This document shows, in pieces, positions 13,395 through 26,200 of a stretch of 64,000 nucleotides of DNA. How positions within the stretch are numbered: the stretch's first letter is position 1; each line of letters begins with the position of its first letter. Source of the DNA: Eledone cirrhosa (Eukaryota). The position numbers and the translations under genes are program-made. The stretch is from NCBI GenBank assembly GCA_964016885.1, contig OZ024741.1:44454001-44518000 (forward strand), written 5' to 3'. Below the pieces are notes generated by a model. It saw nothing but the letters and a program-made list of their open reading frames with translations, did no database searches and was not told where the DNA came from.

Positions 13395-13690
13395 ACATGT
13401 TAGTCTGAGACTTAGGTCCTCCTATGCCCCGGAACATATTGGGCAATGAGTCTTCTTCTATTTACATTATCGGCTGCGGCATTTTGCATAATTTACCAGT
13501 CTAATCCTTTGGAGGTATTCTTTGAAATTTGAACACCAGGTTTTCTTGGATCTTTCTTTTATTCGCTTGTCACCGACTGGGATCTATCTCATTGCCACAG
13601 AGGAGTTCCGGTACTCAGACATGCGCAGAATGTCTCCAACCAGTTTCGTGTGCTTCGCAGTGATGGTGTCAGTCAATAGCCTCTGTTTAC
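13395..13690 (-). mobile_element. Degenerate RTE-like LINE 3' end
   Basis: Minus strand resembles an RTE C-terminus (..NRRRLIAQYVPGHRRT*) followed by a TAAGTC-type tail; heavily decayed. Confidence 0.4.
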
Positions 13691-14629
13691 TTCTCTCTAC
13701 ATAAGTGATATTATGAAACAGTTGCAGTAACTTTTAAAAGAGCTTTTAAACCGACTCTCAATAAATTTTGATGGGGCTCTGGACCGTATCCAACAACTTC
13801 CAGCGAACGTCATTTACAAAAATGCCATCAAAGAACGCCTCGATAAATCGGATGGTCCGATTGTGATTACATGAGAGAAGAAAAAACCGACAGTAAAATA
13901 TCTAGGAGTGTTATAATGATATTCTTAGGTGAAATCCAACGTTCAGCCACTATATCTAGATAGTAGGGCAAATATAATTGAATGAGATTTAGAGATGTTT
14001 CCGCTTTTAAAACATCATTGCTTTTAAACAGCTTCTTCTTTCAGTACAAAGGCTAGAATCTCATAAAGGATCCTAATTCGGTTGTGATGTGACATTTATG
14101 TTTAGGTTTCTCCTCATTTCTTTCTCACTAAACGGTTGAATTCTAATAGCAGTAAACATATTTTTTTTATTTCTGTTTCCCTTTTCCTTTTATTATGCTT
14201 CCCGCCAGCTTGGCAGATAATTTTAATTGAAATAAAGAAACTGTGCGAACGGACTTGTGTTAAAATGATAAAGTGAATAAAAGAAAGAGATAATGCACAT
14301 TTAATGCAATTTATCTCACCATCTTCCCCCAATAAATTAATATATAGCTTAAAGCCGATATTTCGAAATTAAATGCTTTATCGAAAGCTTGCCAAAACAA
14401 TAACAAAACAAATGAAGTAAAAGACGGTGAGATCAATTGCATTAAATGTCCTATATAGTTTTTCGTTTATTCACTTAATCATGTTGACGGTTCTTCATTT
14501 CAATTACAAATATCCGCCGAGCTAGTGCGGAGCAAAAGTAAACAACAGTAGCGACAGCAGCAACAACAATATCAACAACTACAACAACAATGACGACAAC
14601 AACATTAATAATAATAATATTTATTATTA

Positions 14630-16100
14630 TTATTCATTTATTTAGTGGCCACAATGGCCGAAACAATTAGAACGATACAAAAGAGAGGGACAGTGGTCAT
14701 TTACAAAATATTGAAAGCGTGTAAACAACTAAAACTGAATACTATAAACAATAAATTAATAATGGTTTCTTTTATAGACACAAGGTCAGCAATTTTGGAG
14801 GAGAGGAAAGTTGATTAAATCGACCCCAGTGCGTGACTGGTACTTTATTTTATCGACCCCGAGGCAAATTTAACCTCGGTGGGATTTGAACTCAATAATA
14901 AATTAATAATAAAAATTCCTCAATAGGAGAAACACTACACAGGCATAACTTAGGAACCCTACAGATCTTAAACCATCCTAATCTACAAGAGTAACATAGG
15001 AAAGTGCCCTTCTCCTCTCAAAACTCTCCACCCAACAGCCGCATTGTCAAAAGCAGCCCATCCACTCGGGCCATTCTCACTACGTTTCCCCAAATTTTAA
15101 CAAATATACAGTGGGGGAAGCACTTCCATCTGCACCCTCACCTTCCTCTTTAAACATCTATTTGAAATCAAGCAGCACATGCCATCACAGTTTGTCAAAG
15201 ACCAACTTTAGGCTTTGTTACCACGCTGTGCCTCTACCACACGTGCTCATCGAACATCCTGGTTCCCTCGTTTCTCAGAGCACGCGCCTTAGCTCTAACA
15301 ATGCCGCCTTCAGTTTAAGGGTGGAAGAAATGGTCGAGTCCAATTCTAGCAGTTAGTACATCGGTTGTAATTTCACTCCTAATCGCCTCATCTAGATTAG
15401 CTACTAACTGCACCTCCTTTCTATTTTTCCTGTACCAAACTAATGTGCTAATGCGATCCCTGTTGGCTTTACGCAGAGAGAATGTGTTTTATCAAGTTCA
15501 ACCATGCAGATCTCGAATTTATCAATTTGTGGATAAGCTATGCTGTCCCTATCTCCCAACCCAATTACAAATTCTACCTGATTATGATCTAGATGACCTT
15601 ATGCGATTGGTCCAGGTTCACACAGGTGCATTCAAGAGATCTAGTCTGCACCTGTCAGATATTTAGAATTGCTTGTGCACGCCTCACTTCTAGCACCTAC
15701 TCCCACAAACTCATAGCGATTGTCTAATATTCTGTTCCAGTATCTTACTAAATTTAATGGTTGTCACGTTTGTAGAAAGGCTTCCAGACATCTGATAAAA
15801 TCCTGCCATCATGCCCCAGTTGATGGCTACCAGTCTAAAAGTGCCACCACTTTCTATGCTGCTCAAGTGGATCATCCATACATGAAGTGCCAGTCATTTC
15901 CTAAACATCACTACCACACAGCCTCCCATTCCAGGCCGACTAGAACTCAAACTCGCGAAGATAGAGGCTGGTACCCACTTATTGGAAATCCAGATCTCGC
16001 TGATGCTAGTGTCATTGGCTCACTGTGCTAGTTACCTTCTTTCTGGGACCACATCAGACATAGTATATACTCTCAGGATTGCCATGTTGGCTTAATAGAG
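14630..16100 (-). mobile_element. Heavily decayed L1/Tx1-type ORF2 3' portion and 3' UTR, with a SINE at 14762-14893
   Basis: Minus strand shows remnants of FK..KRKVRVQMEVL..FVKIW..RMARV, typical of the ORF2 C-terminus; the 3' end runs into a (TAA)n-like tail. Confidence 0.45.
14762..14893 (-). mobile_element. SINE copy
   Basis: CACAAGGTCAGCAATTTT..ACTGGTACTTTATTTTATCGACCCC..AACCTCGGTGGGATTTGAACTC is the reverse complement of the 10333 SINE. Confidence 0.8.
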
Positions 16101-17799
16101 TTGAGTAAAAAGTGGTGTGCTGGAGCTATTTACTCGCCGCGTGCTATTGGAGATATGGTGGTTTAATTTTCATATCTCGTTGACGTTCCATTTGGAACCC
16201 TTTTAAACGCCAACTCGAGACTTTTTAGGGGTTCCCATGTCGTGGAGTAAGCTGGCCTTCAATACTTTGAATTCCTGTGAGGACAAGTGTGTTAGTATTA
16301 GAGTTTAGAATACTTTGAATGTATTTGTGCCAAATATTTCCCTTTCCGATTCTATGTCATCCTTTTTGTGCAACGAGGGACATCAGTTATTGATTTGACT
16401 TCGTCGGTAGCGCGAAGTTTATTGTTTGTATTTGATTGTTCCAGAATGTGTGTGGCCGCTGCCTTTGTTGTTGCGTGTTCTCAAGCAAAGATGTTTCTCA
16501 GGCCACACCTTAACTCGGAATTAATCTCGTTAAGCGCCCGAGAGTACAAAAACCCTACACCACTGAATCAGACGCCAGGCAATTGCTATGTTACTCGCTC
16601 CCAGCTGCTGGTACTCATAGTTTCAAGGTGAGTGGAATGGAACAACATGAAATAAAGCGTCTTGTTCGATTACTTAACGTGGGATTTGAACTCTTGGCAT
16701 TAAGGTCGTGAGCAAAATATCCTAATCACTAGGCCGTTAAACGCAATTTCAGTGGGTTAAGACACATTTAGCAATTCAGCATAATATTAATTCAGAGTGT
16801 ATTTAACTATGAAATGTGTATTGATTATTAAACTATACATCTCACATCTAAAGGAACATTGTATATTTAACAATGCGCCATATATTTAGTTGTTTAAACT
16901 GTATCTAACCATATACATCATTGTTATTACCAATTATAATCAAGAGAATTTCTTTATTAGCCAGGTTATCGTTTCCTTCTACGTTTCGTAGAGCACCGTT
17001 CAAGTGTGATACCAATGACTACGAGAAATAAAAGAGGAGGATTTAGCGCTCAACCATGCAGATTAGATTCAATCAACAACAATTGAGTGCAAACAATAGG
17101 AAGAAAGAAATGGCAGATTCATATCCTGGAATTATTGTCATTTATGAAGAGGTAAATATTCATGGTATCACCAAATTAAGATTGATATGAATGATTGAAG
17201 TAATAATATGATATTATGTATCACCACTGCTCACCACTTTCAACATAGATAGGTCAAGTTCAGGTTGAATGTTGGACGGAGATAATTTGGAGGGTTTCGA
17301 AACGTTCACCGTTTTCTGTCGCCTGAACAAAGCACACATTATAACGTCGATTGTGATGGTAGAGGTGACATATTGGGGTTACGACCGTCAGCGTTTTAAC
17401 TAATACCATGGGTGTCAAACAAATGAAAGTCACAAACGTTTTTATAGCAGTATTTATGTAGCTCCAAGTCGAATATATTGGATCCACTAAGATATGTGGA
17501 TAATTTTGCATAAGCTCCGCAAGCACATTAGTACAACTATAGTGGTGGGTCTTCCATGAGATTTTACTATCAAAAGAGAATACTGCTATGATAAGAAATA
17601 CGTCTTCGGCTGTTAATCCTACATAACCACATCTTTGGCTAGTATGTTTGCTCAACTATATGAAATGAGTTTAAAGCAAGCCATGTTATTAAGAACAAAA
17701 TATAGAATTGTTGATATGAGATTGGTCTCTCTAACAGCAGTTTCATTTCAGAATGAATCGTATAAAAGGGAATGCCAGCTGAACAGAAGCGTGCGACTT

Positions 17800-17910
17800 T
17801 CCAGTGCGTTACTGTACTTTATTTTATCGTCCTCCTAAGGATGAAAGGCAAAGCTAACCTTGGCAGGATTTGAACTCGGAATGTAAAGGGCCGTAAGTCT
17901 ATGCCGCTAA
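17800..17910 (-). mobile_element. SINE copy
   Basis: TACTTTATTTTATCG..AGGATGAAAGGCAAAGCTAACCTTGGCAGGATTTGAACTC. Confidence 0.8.
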
Positions 17911-19649
17911 GAAGACTAATAATGCTTTATTTATGGCACATATGGAGTGGTTCGTTAACTAAGAACTTAGTTTCTATTCATACTAATGCTACAACATAAA
18001 GGCCTATGTTCACTATAAAATATTAATGTAGGTAGAAACACGCTGTAAAAATATGCTATGGCATTTATTTGCAAATATGTTACTAGTTCATTAGTTACAG
18101 CAAATAGTCAACCTCTTGCATTGAACACGCGTTTTAAAAAATAAATTGCATGTTTGTATAATCAAAGTATAAGTTTAATAGTGGTATATGAAATCTAAGT
18201 TTAAAAACAAACATCTGATCAACAGTTATCAATTATATGTATGAACAACTGAAAATCAGCGTGAATGTGAAATGTAATTTAACTACTATGTAATCCGCTT
18301 CTTGGTCCCGGCAACAGGGTGGAGAAGTGATTGCCCCGAAGGACGGTGAGGGAGACGCGCTGGAATAGCCACAATACCTCATAGTGAGATTGAAAAACAA
18401 ATAGGCTACCACAAAAGCTCTCCTCTGTAAATTTCATACGTAAATCTATAGAGACTCTGGTTATGTATCAGGGTTTCGAACCAACACACGCCGATTAGGA
18501 ATTCGGTAGATGAATGATAAAAGTAATTCTGACGTTCAAATAAAGTATTTTTAATTATTTATCTCGATATATTACCGTTATAACTCTCCTGTGAACATTC
18601 ATATATTTCAAACTAATGTCATTTTCCTCTGGAGGAATGTGTTTCTTTCATTCGTTTCTCTTATAATAATTCTAGCAGTTTTCTCGTATCATACTAAATT
18701 TACTATGTTCTTTCTTTCTATCATTTCTTCATCTTCTCCCAATTCTGCTTCATCTGGATGTCTTCCTTTGTTTGAGGCTTTGTTTTACTTTTCCATTTGA
18801 ACTCCCTTTTTTTTCTGAGGATAAAATAAGATTCATTTCACATACAAACACTTGAAAATGCACTCGTGAATTTGATCACTGTCACAAACACACACACACA
18901 CACACACACACACTCCCCCCCCCCCTACACACATATATATATACACGGACGCACACACAAGCAGATTCAAAGAAATAAGCAAAGGCAAATACTTGTACAC
19001 ACAAATTCTGGCATCTATATATCACATAGAATTTTCTCATAAGATAAGAAATTATCTGACATCAATTGTTCACTATTTTATTGAAATCAGTATGTTTGTT
19101 ATATCCCTTCTTTCTAGTGACCTGGTGGGGTATTGTGATTGAACGGAAATGATGAAACAGCGTTATCGCTTGATGTAATCGACATAACTGTCTCCAGTTC
19201 CTACGCCGCTTACATCGTCGTTGTCCTGGCAGCCACATCAACCAAAAGAATTAATGTCATTCACACGCGGTTTTATCGCATTCCACTTTTTGTGTTTCCT
19301 CGTCTTAATCCTGTGCATTTCAATCAAATTCAATTCCTATGACCGTATAAATGAATAAGATGCGGAATCGAACCGCTACCACTATATATTTAATCAATTG
19401 TATTCTTATGAGCAAATATTCAGCGCCTAATTCTTCCTGCCCCGATGTTAAATTCAGCACTCGTCTTCCCAAACGTCAACTGCAAAAAGGCCAATGGGAA
19501 ATCGGCTTACGATAAATTAAATTAATATGTATTAGGGGCCGATAAAGCAAAGCTCTGAAAAGATTTATGGCCATGAATTAAAAAATCCTTGCAGCTTAAT
19601 TAAATATCTTAAATTTGGCAAATAAAAAGGAAATCAGGTAAAGAATGGA

Positions 19650-20170
19650 TATAGGCACAAAGCTAAAACAAATTCGGGAGAGGGGAGATTCGACAAAATC
19701 GACTCCTGTGCGTGATTACTTTATTCTATAGACCCTGTAAGGATGAAAGGCAAAGCTAATCCTGGTTCGATTAGAACTCGGATCGTAAAGGCCATACCTC
19801 TATGCTTCAAGCATGCTGTTCGACGCTCTACCAATAGTTTTAATGCACAGCTCGAAGTCAGGTAAATAATTGTTTCTACTTTTGGCGCAGGGCCAGCAAT
19901 CACCCAGTACATTACTGGTACTTTATTTTATCAACCCCTTAAGGGTGAAAGGCAAAGTTAATATCGACGGGATTTGAACTCAGACCGTAAAGCGACATAA
20001 CTAAGCTAGAAAGCATGGCGTCCAACTCTCTACCGACGCCATGCTTTCTAGCATAGTTACGTCCTTTATGGTCTGAAGTCAGGTAAATAATGGTGCTACT
20101 TTGCATATATATTTATATATACATACATTTATATATATGTATATATGTACATATATAAATATATATGTAC

Positions 20171-20244
<74 letters not shown>

Positions 20245-20697
20245 CCACACACATACATACACACACACACAGACACTCACACACACACATATATATAAAT
20301 ATATGTGTGTGTGTGTGTGTGTCCTGGGAGTGCAACGTGAAGTTACTGTAGGTTCCCCCGGTGAGCACTGGATGTTTAGGTTCACATCAGTAGGGAGGTG
20401 TATAGCTGACAGAGTGAAATATAATAATTGTTTCTAGGTTTGGCACAAGGCCAGCAATAACCCAGTGCATTACTGGTACTTTATTTTATCGACCCCGTGA
20501 GGATGAAAGGCAATGTTGACCTCGGATTAATACAATGACGATTTGTTAAGCCTTCATTACGTAATGAAGGCTTAACAAATCGCCCTTGTATTATTATTAT
20601 TATTATATTGTTTCTATTTTAGGCACAAGGCCAGCAATTACCCAGTACCAGTAATGTACTGTTAATTGCTGGCCTTGTGCCTAAAATAGAAACAATT

Positions 20698-20700
<3 letters not shown>
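19650..20700 (-). mobile_element. Cluster of SINE copies (about 19650-19830, 19865-20035, 20424-20526, 20605-20700) with foldbacks and TA/CA microsatellite
   Basis: The SINE core and tail are repeated; palindromes at 19981-20075, 20528-20595 and 20607-20697. Confidence 0.8.
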
Positions 20701-20760
<60 letters not shown>

Positions 20761-21144
20761 ATGTATGTTTGTGTAGATAAGTGTTTGTGGGTACGTGTTA
20801 GCGAGTATGTGAGTGTCTGTGTTTCTGTGCGATATGTAAGTTGTCATGGCACTTGAGTGTAAAAATGATTTAAATATCTAGAAAGGATGTAGAAAAAATA
20901 TCTACGTATTATTAGAACAAATATCACATTAACAAAGCCTGAAGAGATCCAATATGCTTTGATGAAATATATTGAGCGAATACCCGAAGAGTTGAGTTTC
21001 ATTAGAAGAAATGATTTCAGACATACCATTGTGGAGTTGATAATAATATTTCTCTTTTTTCTGTAGAAAGTGGGGATGAAGCAGTCAACAAGCGTGTATA
21101 TTTCCATTACAAATTTCTGGATGAGTTACAAAGTCTGCATATAT

Positions 21145-21300
21145 ATTTTACGGGCAAAACTAACCGGCAGGAGACCTAAGGGTAGCCCCCGAGCAAGATG
21201 GATGGATAGTCTTCATGAGCTTGGCTGGGCACGCTTGTAGATCCAGCCGCATCAGCTGGAGATGGCTGTTTCTGTCAGGAGTCGCTGGAAGGTGTGTTTG

Positions 21301-21392
<92 letters not shown>

Positions 21393-21430
21393 GACGACTC
21401 TCTGAGGAATAAATGGGCGAAGAAGAAGAG
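21145..21430 (+). mobile_element. RTE LINE 3' end interrupted by (GT)n (21303-21390)
   Basis: Translates as GRRPKGSPRARWMDSL..W..L*I....E....RSRWK, typical of an RTE ORF C-terminus; ends in GAAGAAGA. Confidence 0.6.
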
Positions 21431-21948
21431 GTATTCAGATACTAAAACGTAGATGTTCATTTACAGTTTATTGTTAAATAGTCTACTATGAAATGGATTA
21501 CATGTTAAGGAATTGACAGCATACGATATCATTCTAGTAAAAGATGCAATGAAAATTGTACGACACAGCGTATTATTAACATTAGGCTCACTGCAGTAAA
21601 ATGCAATGTTGTAAAACTCTATAAATATACCTCAGTGCTGAATAATGAAAATCAAATTTATATGTATGCAAAGTCTCTGTATACAAATAACGTGAATAGG
21701 TAGTATGGAATGGACACAGAAACACAAAAGCATACAGTTGGACATATATTATACATATAGGCAGAGATATATAAAAAAATAGATATATACTGTACGTCTG
21801 TATACATATATGTATGTACGTATACATACTGATAGATATATTTGAAATTGTATATAACATTTCTATAAATATTATGACACAAGAAGTCATATTTGAAATA
21901 CCGTACAATGTAATGTAATGTATGTATCTATACTTACAAACACACACA

Positions 21949-22005
<57 letters not shown>

Positions 22006-22009
<4 letters not shown>

Positions 22010-22308
22010 CGTTTCTGAATTTGTTTAGCAAGATTATTTATCTGAAAACGTGTGTTGAAACCGATATTGTTATACTTTGGGAGGGTCATGTTGCCAATAA
22101 GAAACACGCGCACCAGTTGCTTTCACTTCAATTTATTATAATAAATTTAGGAATTTATAAATTTGTGGATGGTTGGTTGGTTCCATAACCAGATGGTTGT
22201 TTATATATTGTCAAAGTTCTTTCGTCACACATTCTGTGACCTCTTCAGTGACTGGGGATTCTTTTCTTTGTTTCTGTGCCTCTCCTTTGTTCTGTCCTAC
22301 GCCAACTT
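22006..22308 (-). mobile_element. Solo pseudo-LTR of PLE family A
   Basis: Near-identical to 35385-35700. Includes the first ORF codons ([15 protein letters not shown]) and an HHR, and abuts (TA)n. Confidence 0.85.
22210..22252 (-). ncRNA. Putative minimal type I hammerhead ribozyme (PLE-A pLTR)
   Basis: Minus strand: GTCA-CTGAAGA-G-GTCACA gaatg TGTGAC-GAAA gaac TT-TGAC. Confidence 0.6.
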
Positions 22309-22310
22309 GT

Positions 22311-22980
22311 GGTACTAAGACATAACATATATATTTGCTAGCATAGGTGAACATCTAGGTGAACATATAGGTACTAAGACATAACATATATATTTGCTAG
22401 CATAGGTGAACATATGTACACATATGTTGGTATATGTACTAATTCTCTATATTTATCTCCAAATTATTTGTTGAGCAAAACTTGCCAAAATTTACTGCTG
22501 ATTCATGGTAGTAGTAGGCTCTTGTCATAATACCACCCCGCTCCTAACTGATTAACCTCAGTGTCACGTGAGTGATTGATTATTTAGAATGACCAGAGGC
22601 AGTGAATGTTTTCAGTGCTCCGGAATTTAGTCCTCGCTAGCTTTATTCCATCCACTGAATTATTATTATTTTTATATGGGTTCTAGTATCTGGGCATCGC
22701 CTGGGAACTTAGTTGAGAATAGACTCCCTGATGACGTAAGGAATTCTCTATAGTTATATTATGTAACTATATTTATCCCCTTACAGAAACTAATTAGTTG
22801 GAGTGAAAATTTTAGTAAGTAAGTTGATTTTTAATTTTTAAAATTTTCTTATTTTACGTCTTTCATATAATTGTTCTGCAGCCCCCTGCATAGAACCACA
22901 AAGGTACTAAGACATAACATATATATTTGCTAGCATAGGTGAACATCTGTACACATATGTTGGTAAATGTACTAATTCTC
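22311..22980 (+). mobile_element. Non-coding HHR-bearing element with terminal direct repeats (533 bp period); retrozyme-like
   Basis: GGTACTAAGACATAACATATATATTTGCTAGCATAGGTGAACAT at 22311, 22370 and 22903; HHR at 22723. Confidence 0.7.
22723..22804 (+). ncRNA. Type I hammerhead ribozyme with extended helix II
   Basis: ACTCC-CTGATGA-c-GTAAGG..(ATAGTTA/TAACTAT hairpin)..CCTTAC-a-GAAAC TAATTA GTT-GGAGT. Helix I is perfect and AACTAATTAGTT is palindromic. Confidence 0.8.
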
Positions 22981-23562
22981 TCTCTCTCTCTCTATATATA
23001 TATATACATATATATGTATATATATATATATATTTATAAATATACACACGCATATATATATATATAGAGAGAGAGGGATAGTTCACAATAATTGTGTAAA
23101 CACATACAGGTACACCCACACACACACACGCGGGCACACACAGACATATATACATACATAGAGTCAGACAGACATATAAAGCAATCTCTCGTTCTTTAGC
23201 GGTCATGAACTAATATGACGTCAATGCCAAAACGCATGTAATTACTGTAAGATAGTAAATGTTAAGATACATAGATTCAGGCGTAATATCTTTTGAAACT
23301 TCAATGAGTATATCTCAAGGCAATCAATGACAGAATATACGATTACATTATCTTTAATTCTACTCTCATTTCCGTTTAATTTGCAATTGTATATTTTTTT
23401 GTCCTTTTTTTCCTTTCATGCAATCCATCGTTTAGTAACTTTCATTACAAATATTTTCCATTAATCTATTATATATATGTATATATGTACATATATATAT
23501 ATATATATATATATACATAAAACCACATATATATATATAGAGAGAGAGATAGATAGATATAT

Positions 23563-24077
23563 ACGTCTGTATACATATATGATGTACGTATACATACATA
23601 CATTTAAGTAAGTGCCTTACTAAGAGTGAGAAATGAAATTTCGTTTCATTCTATTCCATTAATCGTTTTCGGTGCGCCCGGCCGACTAAAATCACTCGTT
23701 ATGCAAATTAGGCTGCTCAGCCGTTAATATGCATAAGGAAAGTATATACTTTCAGACGTTCAACCATCTGGCAGGAAGGTATACGATGTTGACGATAGCT
23801 AATAAGCTTGAAACTAGTACATTGATCCTGTGTCAGTGTTGAACAAAAAGGTGACGTGGTTGCCTAAACACTGTACGGTGTAATTCGGGCTGTTTGTTTT
23901 TTATTTCAAACAAACAAACCGATACGTGCATATATATATGTGTGCATGTCTGTATATATATATATACAACTGTGCGTCTGTATACATATATGTATGTACG
24001 TACACAGACATACATATTTACATTTAAGTAGGTGCTGTACTAAGAGTGAGAAATGAAATTTCGTTTCATTCTATTCC

Positions 24078-24080
<3 letters not shown>
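23563..24080 (+). mobile_element. Non-coding ~420 bp unit, about 1.2 copies, carrying an HHR; retrozyme-like
   Basis: TAAGAGTGAGAAATGAAATTTCGTTTCATTCTATTCCATT at 23621 and 24041. Relatives at 45320-45975 and 51925-52132. Flanked by (TA)n. Confidence 0.75.
23784..23824 (+). ncRNA. Minimal type I hammerhead ribozyme
   Basis: CGATG-TTGACGA-t-AGCT aata AGCT-t-GAAAC TA GTA-CATTG; ACTAGT palindrome; U at core position 3. Confidence 0.65.
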
Positions 24081-24126
<46 letters not shown>

Positions 24127-24186
24127 TATATATTTATATATATATATATAAATATATATATTTATATATATATATATATATATATA

Positions 24187-24608
24187 TAAACAATTGAATT
24201 AAAAATGTACATCCACATATGTATACTGAAATACTAGTATGCATATGAATACACACACGTGTACATATGTAGATGTACCGAGTTTTTCACTGGACACTTT
24301 ACTGTGAGTGTCCAGCTATTCTGTATGTAAACACACAGACAAACCGGTTTTTAGAGTCATACTGGTTTTCGAGGAAACACCTTTCCTCTATTCTCCAGAA
24401 AGCATAGAGGAAAGGTGTTTCCTCGAAAACCAGTATGACTCTAAAAACCGGTTTGTCTGTGTGTTTACATACAGAATAGCTGGACACTCACAGTAAAGTG
24501 TCCAGTGAAAAACTCGGTACATCTACATATGTACACGTGTGTGTATTCATATGCATACTAGTATTTCAGTATACATATGTGGATGTACATTTTTAATTTA
24601 ATTGTTTA
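24187..24608. repeat. Near-perfect palindrome with 205 bp arms and a 12 nt spacer
   Basis: 24187-24391 is the reverse complement of 24404-24608, with one mismatch seen; spacer TCTCCAGAAAGC. Confidence 0.92.
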
Positions 24609-24671
24609 AGCATCAGTCATACAAAAGTGAGTTACAAACGAAACGAAATTTAATTTCGTTTCGTTATTTGT

Positions 24672-24790
24672 TTATATATATATATATATGTATGTATGTA
24701 TATATATGTATGTATGTATATATATATGTATGTATGTATATATATATATGTATGTATATATATATATGTATGTATATATATATATGAATG

Positions 24791-24842
<52 letters not shown>

Positions 24843-24864
24843 TATGTATGTATATATATGAATG

Positions 24865-24962
<98 letters not shown>

Positions 24963-24970
24963 TATATATG

Positions 24971-25016
<46 letters not shown>

Positions 25017-25028
25017 TATATATGTATG

Positions 25029-25068
<40 letters not shown>

Positions 25069-25084
25069 TATATGTGTGTATATA

Positions 25085-25125
<41 letters not shown>

Positions 25126-25260
25126 ATATATATATGTGTATATATATATGTATATATATATATGTGTATATATATATGTATATATATATATGTATGTATA
25201 TATATATATATGTGTATATATATATGTATATATATATATGTATGTATATATATATATATG

Positions 25261-25295
<35 letters not shown>

Positions 25296-25330
25296 ATATA
25301 TATATGTATATATATATATGTATATATATA
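24672..25330. repeat. (TA)n/(TATG)n degenerate array
   Basis: Seen directly. Confidence 0.95.
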
Positions 25331-25477
25331 GATTATGAGTTTATGTTGGTTGTATACCAACACCTCAGTATGCAGGCTGGAGCACTCGACGAAGTGCGCA
25401 GGTTGGTTTGGTTACTCCGGAGTAGTGTAAATAAAGTTAAATAAAAGTCAAATGATTAAAATTTAGCTTCGTTTATT

Positions 25478-25532
25478 ACTGCTATATATATTTCAGTAAC
25501 AGCCATCTTTGGCTGTGACCTCTTCAGGCAGT
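25478..25532 (-). ncRNA. Type I hammerhead ribozyme (PLE-D inverted pLTR)
   Basis: ACTGC-CTGAAGA-GGTCACAGCCA aaga TGGCTGTTACT-GAAA TATATA TA-GCAGT. Confidence 0.8.
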
Positions 25533-25612
25533 TTGAATTAGTATGGTATAGACAAGTACATATGTCGTTTAGGTGTATAATATTGTCAATACTCTATGCC
25601 CAGTTCCTGATG

Positions 25613-26200
25613 GCAATACAAACACTCAGCAGAACCATGTGAAAGGAGGGAAGGGGGGATCCTGAGCCCACCCAAGAAACACAAACAGACCCAAGGACCC
25701 CCACCGAGCATGGGGGAAGACCAACATGTAACACATAATGAGAACCCTAATCTAGGCACGCAGAGGCCGACCACCCTCTGCACTGCAGAAACCCCGAATC
25801 ATGCCCCCTTGGTAATGAATGTCTCAAGAAGAACCTAGTGTACGGTTGTAGGGTTAAAACCCCCAACTCCGAACCTCTACATAGGAGCCACATCAACGAG
25901 CTTTAAGGACCGCTGGTACAACCATCGCCATTCATTCAAGAAGGAGGCCAAAAGGAAAAGCACAGCTCTCTCCGACCTGATCTGAAGCTTAAGCTGGACA
26001 GGACCCCATACACTCTGGCCTGGTACATAATCAGGAAAGTACCACCCGATAAAGGGGGATCTTGCATATGCAAACTATGCCTGAACGAGACCCTCGAGAT
26101 ACTAAGAGGTGGAAGCGGCTTGATAAACCTCAGAACCGACTTCTTCGGGACATGCAGACACCTTAGAGCCGGGACCTTTCTCAAGATATATGGACAGTAG
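25613..26200 (+). pseudogene. GIY-YIG endonuclease remnant of PLE-D
   Basis: VY..YIG..FK.R..NH..SF and C..C..E..N.R...CRH motifs with frameshifts and a stop. Confidence 0.8.

Noticed and set aside
15900-19650. Possible host exons in less repetitive sequence (also 55900-61100)
   Set aside because: No recognisable domain or consistent exon chain; small exons of a large gene cannot be excluded without transcript data.
22311-22950. Repeated 44-mer resembling a CRISPR array
   Set aside because: Three copies with irregular spacing (59 and 533 bp), eukaryotic context and no cas genes; explained by terminal redundancy.
25970-25990. In-frame TGA codons in a PLE endonuclease, as possible selenocysteine (as in Naiad PLEs)
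   Set aside because: They do not fall at Cys motif positions, the copy is frameshifted, the endonuclease is C-terminal, and I saw no SECIS; ordinary decay is more likely.
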